DNA of 64,000 bases from Phoronis australis (Eukaryota > Animalia > Phoronida). Position numbers and translations under genes: made by a program. The stretch spans positions 62,001 to 126,000 of the forward strand of contig NMRA01000147.1 of NCBI GenBank assembly GCA_002633005.1, given 5' to 3'. Positions 61,001-64,000 of this stretch are shown one piece after another (position 1 is the stretch's first letter; every line of letters begins with the position of its first letter). The notes beneath the pieces were generated by a model. That model saw nothing but the letters and a program-made list of their open reading frames with translations, made no database searches and had not been told where the DNA came from.

Positions 61001-63564
61001 CAGAGCATGCAACGGCTGACACACCCACTTTCTCCGCAAGATACAAGGCTTAGTGTATGATCCATGGGAACTGAATTTGGACAGTGTTGTATTGAAGTGT
61101 GAGTAAATTTTTGAGACACCTTTATGCACACAAAGTGCATGGTTTTGAAATAACGGCATAACCATAATACTGGTAACATGAGAACTACAAGTTGCCATTT
61201 TGCCAAGATGTGCAGCATTGCATCCCAAATAGAAATCCTCAGAAAGCATCATAATACCTAATTGCTGACAGAGGTCCTTAGTTAATGCCTGCTCTTTCTC
61301 TTCCTCAGTGCAAGTCTCTAGCTTCAGCTGTGCCGCTTGTGCCCTTAGTTGGAGGTTCTCATCCTCCAAAACTTTCACCTTCTTTTGTAAAGAGCCGATG
61401 TTGATATTGGCCAAATTGAAGGCGTCAGTATCCTTCCTGTTAAAACACCGAGATAATCTTAAGAGTAATGCTATTTTAGAATGTCATGTTCATGCACACA
61501 CAGTCAGTAGTAGACATTCACTACCAACATCTGATTCATACAACTCGTGAAATCATGGTCAAAATCATTTGTTAAATCAACAAATTCCACTTATAACCCA
61601 CTAACCTATTTTTCTTATTTATAAGTCATGTTTCGTAAGCACAGCAGAAGATATCAATGAATCTTTTAGTAAGTTAAGGAATTTTAAGTCAGTTAACTTA
61701 CGTTGGCGACCCATCACTGTCTGTGAGATCAGAATCGTGTATGTATACTCGTAGTAAATTGTCTTTCAATGCGAGATCATGGTTAAGTTGATTGACCTAG
61801 AAGTGAACAATACTTTTGAATGTAGCGTCAGACAAAAAACATGCAGTATAGAAAGGAGACTTTGCGAATAATTTTGAATTCAATGCATCTTGAAGTTCAA
61901 AGGCAAATCTATCAATACAAACAATATCCTTATTTCAACCTTAATAGTCTCTGTCGTGTGTCAGAGCAATGAAATGCTTTCAGCAAATTAAATTACATAA
62001 ACAACCTCATGGGATATTTATACCTGATAAATAACAATTTGTAATTGGTAATGAAGATTACTGAATATTTTCTCCTCTCATCAAGGGTGATCATGGGTCT
62101 GTTTCATTAAAGTGACGTTACGACGCTCCCCCTTCACGATTACTAAATATATATTTACCCACATTATTATGGGCACATCACAGCCTAGAAATAATAACTT
62201 ATCTCAGTAACTAACACTTGTGAGTATATTTTGGGAGACTGCACTTTTGCTTTTAAGCGAGATTTAATCAGTTTTCAGAAATTGCCGTGCGAAGCCTAAG
62301 ATCATACTTCTGAGTTCTGACTTAAGTCACTTATCATGAGACAGGTCCTACAACCACGTCAAATTGTACAGGATAGGTATCTATTATTCTATGTTTGAGT
62401 GCACAACAGCTTGCATGAATAACTCTCGAATACTAATTTGCAGTTTATGACCCCAGCATTAAAGCTGAAAGTTTGAGTTGAAACTTGAAACTTTGAATTC
62501 TTGCATGAAATCTTGAATTTTTACTTGAATTAGTAGCTCAAATCTAGGAAACATCAAATGCGACCTTAGGACTATAAACTCGTATCCATAAACCACAATA
62601 TACTGAAGCAAAAAATAATAGACACTTATCTTGAGTATACAAAAAAGTAGAATTGAAAACGCCAAAACCAATTTTTGATTTTGAGAACACGGATTAGACC
62701 CCGGGTGCCGAACTAAGGCATGGAAAAACAAAACTGGTCCCTGAACGCCAGCAAGACGTACCCTTTCTGTGGCAATCCGCAGTTGGTCCTCTAACAACTC
62801 ATTACGTTCCTTCAGCTCTCTGGTCGACTCGAGGAGACTCTGACCAATCTTGGCCGCTAACTCCAAGTCTCTCTCTTTCTGTAAGAGAGTAAAGAGAATG
62901 AAATTTGAAACCAACACAGCAGTATAGCATAAAATTTATGGGACCTTACAAACAATTTTTTTCATGGGTATGGAATAGTTGTTAGTGACCCCATTTATGT
63001 GTTCATGACAAGTTGATAATTCATAAGCATGACTAAAAAATATAAAACTTCAATTGTAAAAAGAATTTAGGTTATTAAATCCAAACACTCCGTCAAATCC
63101 CTCAAGGTCACCTCAAGCCTCTACATCATGAAGCACCACATCATAAAACAAACTGTAGTCTAATAGCGCATGCTCAAACACTTAGTGATGAGTAAAGACT
63201 GTTGAACTTCGATAAATTTCCAGTGCCATCACTGGGCATCAACTGGAATAGTGTTTTGAAAGCACACTGTCCCGGACTAAGTTCTATAATCGCAAGAATC
63301 TCACGCGAAAGTTAGCGCGATCACGTGTAAAGTTAGCGCGATCACGTGCTTCGTTTGTAATGCACGGCAATACCTTGCAGCCTTGTGTGATCTTGTGTTT
63401 TTGCCCGAGAATTTGCATCCACAGAACGAATACCGGTCTTCCCTCTAAACAAATAAGAACTTCCCATCAACAGGAAACATCACTCACCTCCTCCAATAAT
63501 CTGGTTACACACTCTATGTCATTGTACGTTTTAGTCATCTGGCTAAGACGCTCAGAACATAGGG
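54428..63564 (-). CDS. TRAK1: Trafficking kinesin-binding protein (TRAK/Milton), 3' 11 exons; complement(join(54428-55085,55856-55958,56826-56969,57571-57734,58505-58654,59336-59874,60550-60680,61258-61436,61702-61796,62762-62878,63488-63564)); 5' end outside the window
   Basis: HAP1_N motif [41 protein letters not shown]; Milton-domain motifs [44 protein letters not shown] and TSTFSMSLGLASMLKERNISA. All phases are consistent. The symbol denotes the TRAK1/TRAK2/milton orthology group. Confidence 0.92.
55856..55958 (-). CDS. TRAK1: TRAK/Milton exon
   Basis: YQPHKLSERTSSIYTYTTSTVLHPSDDYNTQVS. Confidence 0.82.
56826..56969 (-). CDS. TRAK1: TRAK/Milton exon
   Basis: [47 protein letters not shown]. 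Confidence 0.88.
57571..57734 (-). CDS. TRAK1: TRAK/Milton exon
   Basis: HGSDGSHTPTPCRSPDSVISEGSG...[14 protein letters not shown]. Confidence 0.88.
57995..58056 (-). repeat. tRNA-derived (SINE-head-like) fragment in a TRAK intron
   Basis: - strand TGGTTTAGTGG (A box) ... GGTTTGAAACC (B box) at tRNA spacing. Confidence 0.4.
58505..58654 (-). CDS. TRAK1: TRAK/Milton exon
   Basis: [49 protein letters not shown]. Confidence 0.88.
59336..59874 (-). CDS. TRAK1: TRAK/Milton exon
   Basis: LTVENIELQKHLRAAQDTQRELSKELSDLQ...SDSLASEL...KIFDTYK, then a Ser-rich region. Confidence 0.88.
60550..60680 (-). CDS. TRAK1: TRAK/Milton exon
   Basis: EANQQVKELQEDVTKRTEDNLRQQEETTSLLAQVVDMQKKLKS. Confidence 0.88.
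61258..61436 (-). CDS. TRAK1: TRAK/Milton exon
   Basis: KDTDAFNLANINIGSLQKKVKVLEDENLQLRAQAAQLKLETCTEEEKEQALTKDLCQQL. Confidence 0.88.
61702..61796 (-). CDS. TRAK1: TRAK/Milton exon
   Basis: VNQLNHDLALKDNLLRVYIHDSDLTDSDGSP. Confidence 0.87.
62762..62878 (-). CDS. TRAK1: TRAK/Milton exon
   Basis: [39 protein letters not shown]. Confidence 0.9.
63488..63564 (-). CDS. TRAK1: TRAK/Milton exon
   Basis: [25 protein letters not shown]; cag / gtgagt. Confidence 0.9.
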
Positions 63565-64000
63565 CTGAAAGAAACAAAAGAAAGTGATTTAGCACACTAG
63601 CATAGGACAACAATTCATGTCAACTCACCATAACAAAATGGAATAGCACGAAAATAGATAAATATTCTAAGCTACCATATCTCAGAGAAAGTCATCAATC
63701 ACTGGTGTAGCAAGTAACAGCAGCTGAAGCTTGAAAACTATGACAAAAGAGGAATTATAAGTGACGCAAAGAAACTGCTTCCTGAAAGACAACTTGGTAA
63801 CCAAACTGTCACAAACGCATGCTGCTGTCTAATGCTTAATGCAGTAAAAATATTTGTAAGGAATAAAATATGATGTGAAGTGAGATAGTCAACAGTGAAA
63901 TTACCTACCATTAAAAGCAGACAGAACTGAATAAAAAATGTCAATCTGATAACGCGAAAACAATAAATCATACCACAAAATAATACATTTATGGGGCTGC

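Overview
This is eukaryotic, intron-rich genomic DNA from an invertebrate animal (probably bilaterian; the taxon cannot be fixed from the sequence). It contains three spliced protein-coding genes that I reconstructed exon by exon with consistent GT-AG phases. (1) The 3' part of an MLX (Max-like protein X) gene on +, 451-3741. (2) A complete 8-coding-exon arylsulfatase B/I/J-type sulfatase on -, 20381-4869, 569 aa, with the CTPTR formylglycine motif. (3) The 3' 11 exons of a TRAK/Milton kinesin adaptor on -, 63564-54428. Two full-length LTR retrotransposons are present. A frameshifted Ty3/Gypsy element (6004-10362, 153-bp LTRs, TSD ATGCA) sits in the last sulfatase intron. An intact, young BEL/Pao element (22204-28544, one 1760-aa ORF, TSD AAGAT) is nested in a Helentron-type non-autonomous element upstream of the sulfatase. 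The remainder is MITEs, Helitron/Helentron-like elements, a decayed LINE, mini/microsatellites and a 430-N gap. The most notable unexplained signals are an 11-copy co-oriented array of CTCF-consensus motifs at about 147-bp spacing inside a mobile element, a YY1/ETS/NRF1 motif cassette in a second such element, TA-duplicating palindromic micro-insertions confirmed against uninterrupted copies, a possible unannotated spliced transcript near 34.8-37.7 kb preceded by a hairpin cluster, and a perfect 33-bp-arm palindrome. No rRNA, intact tRNA or CRISPR array was seen.
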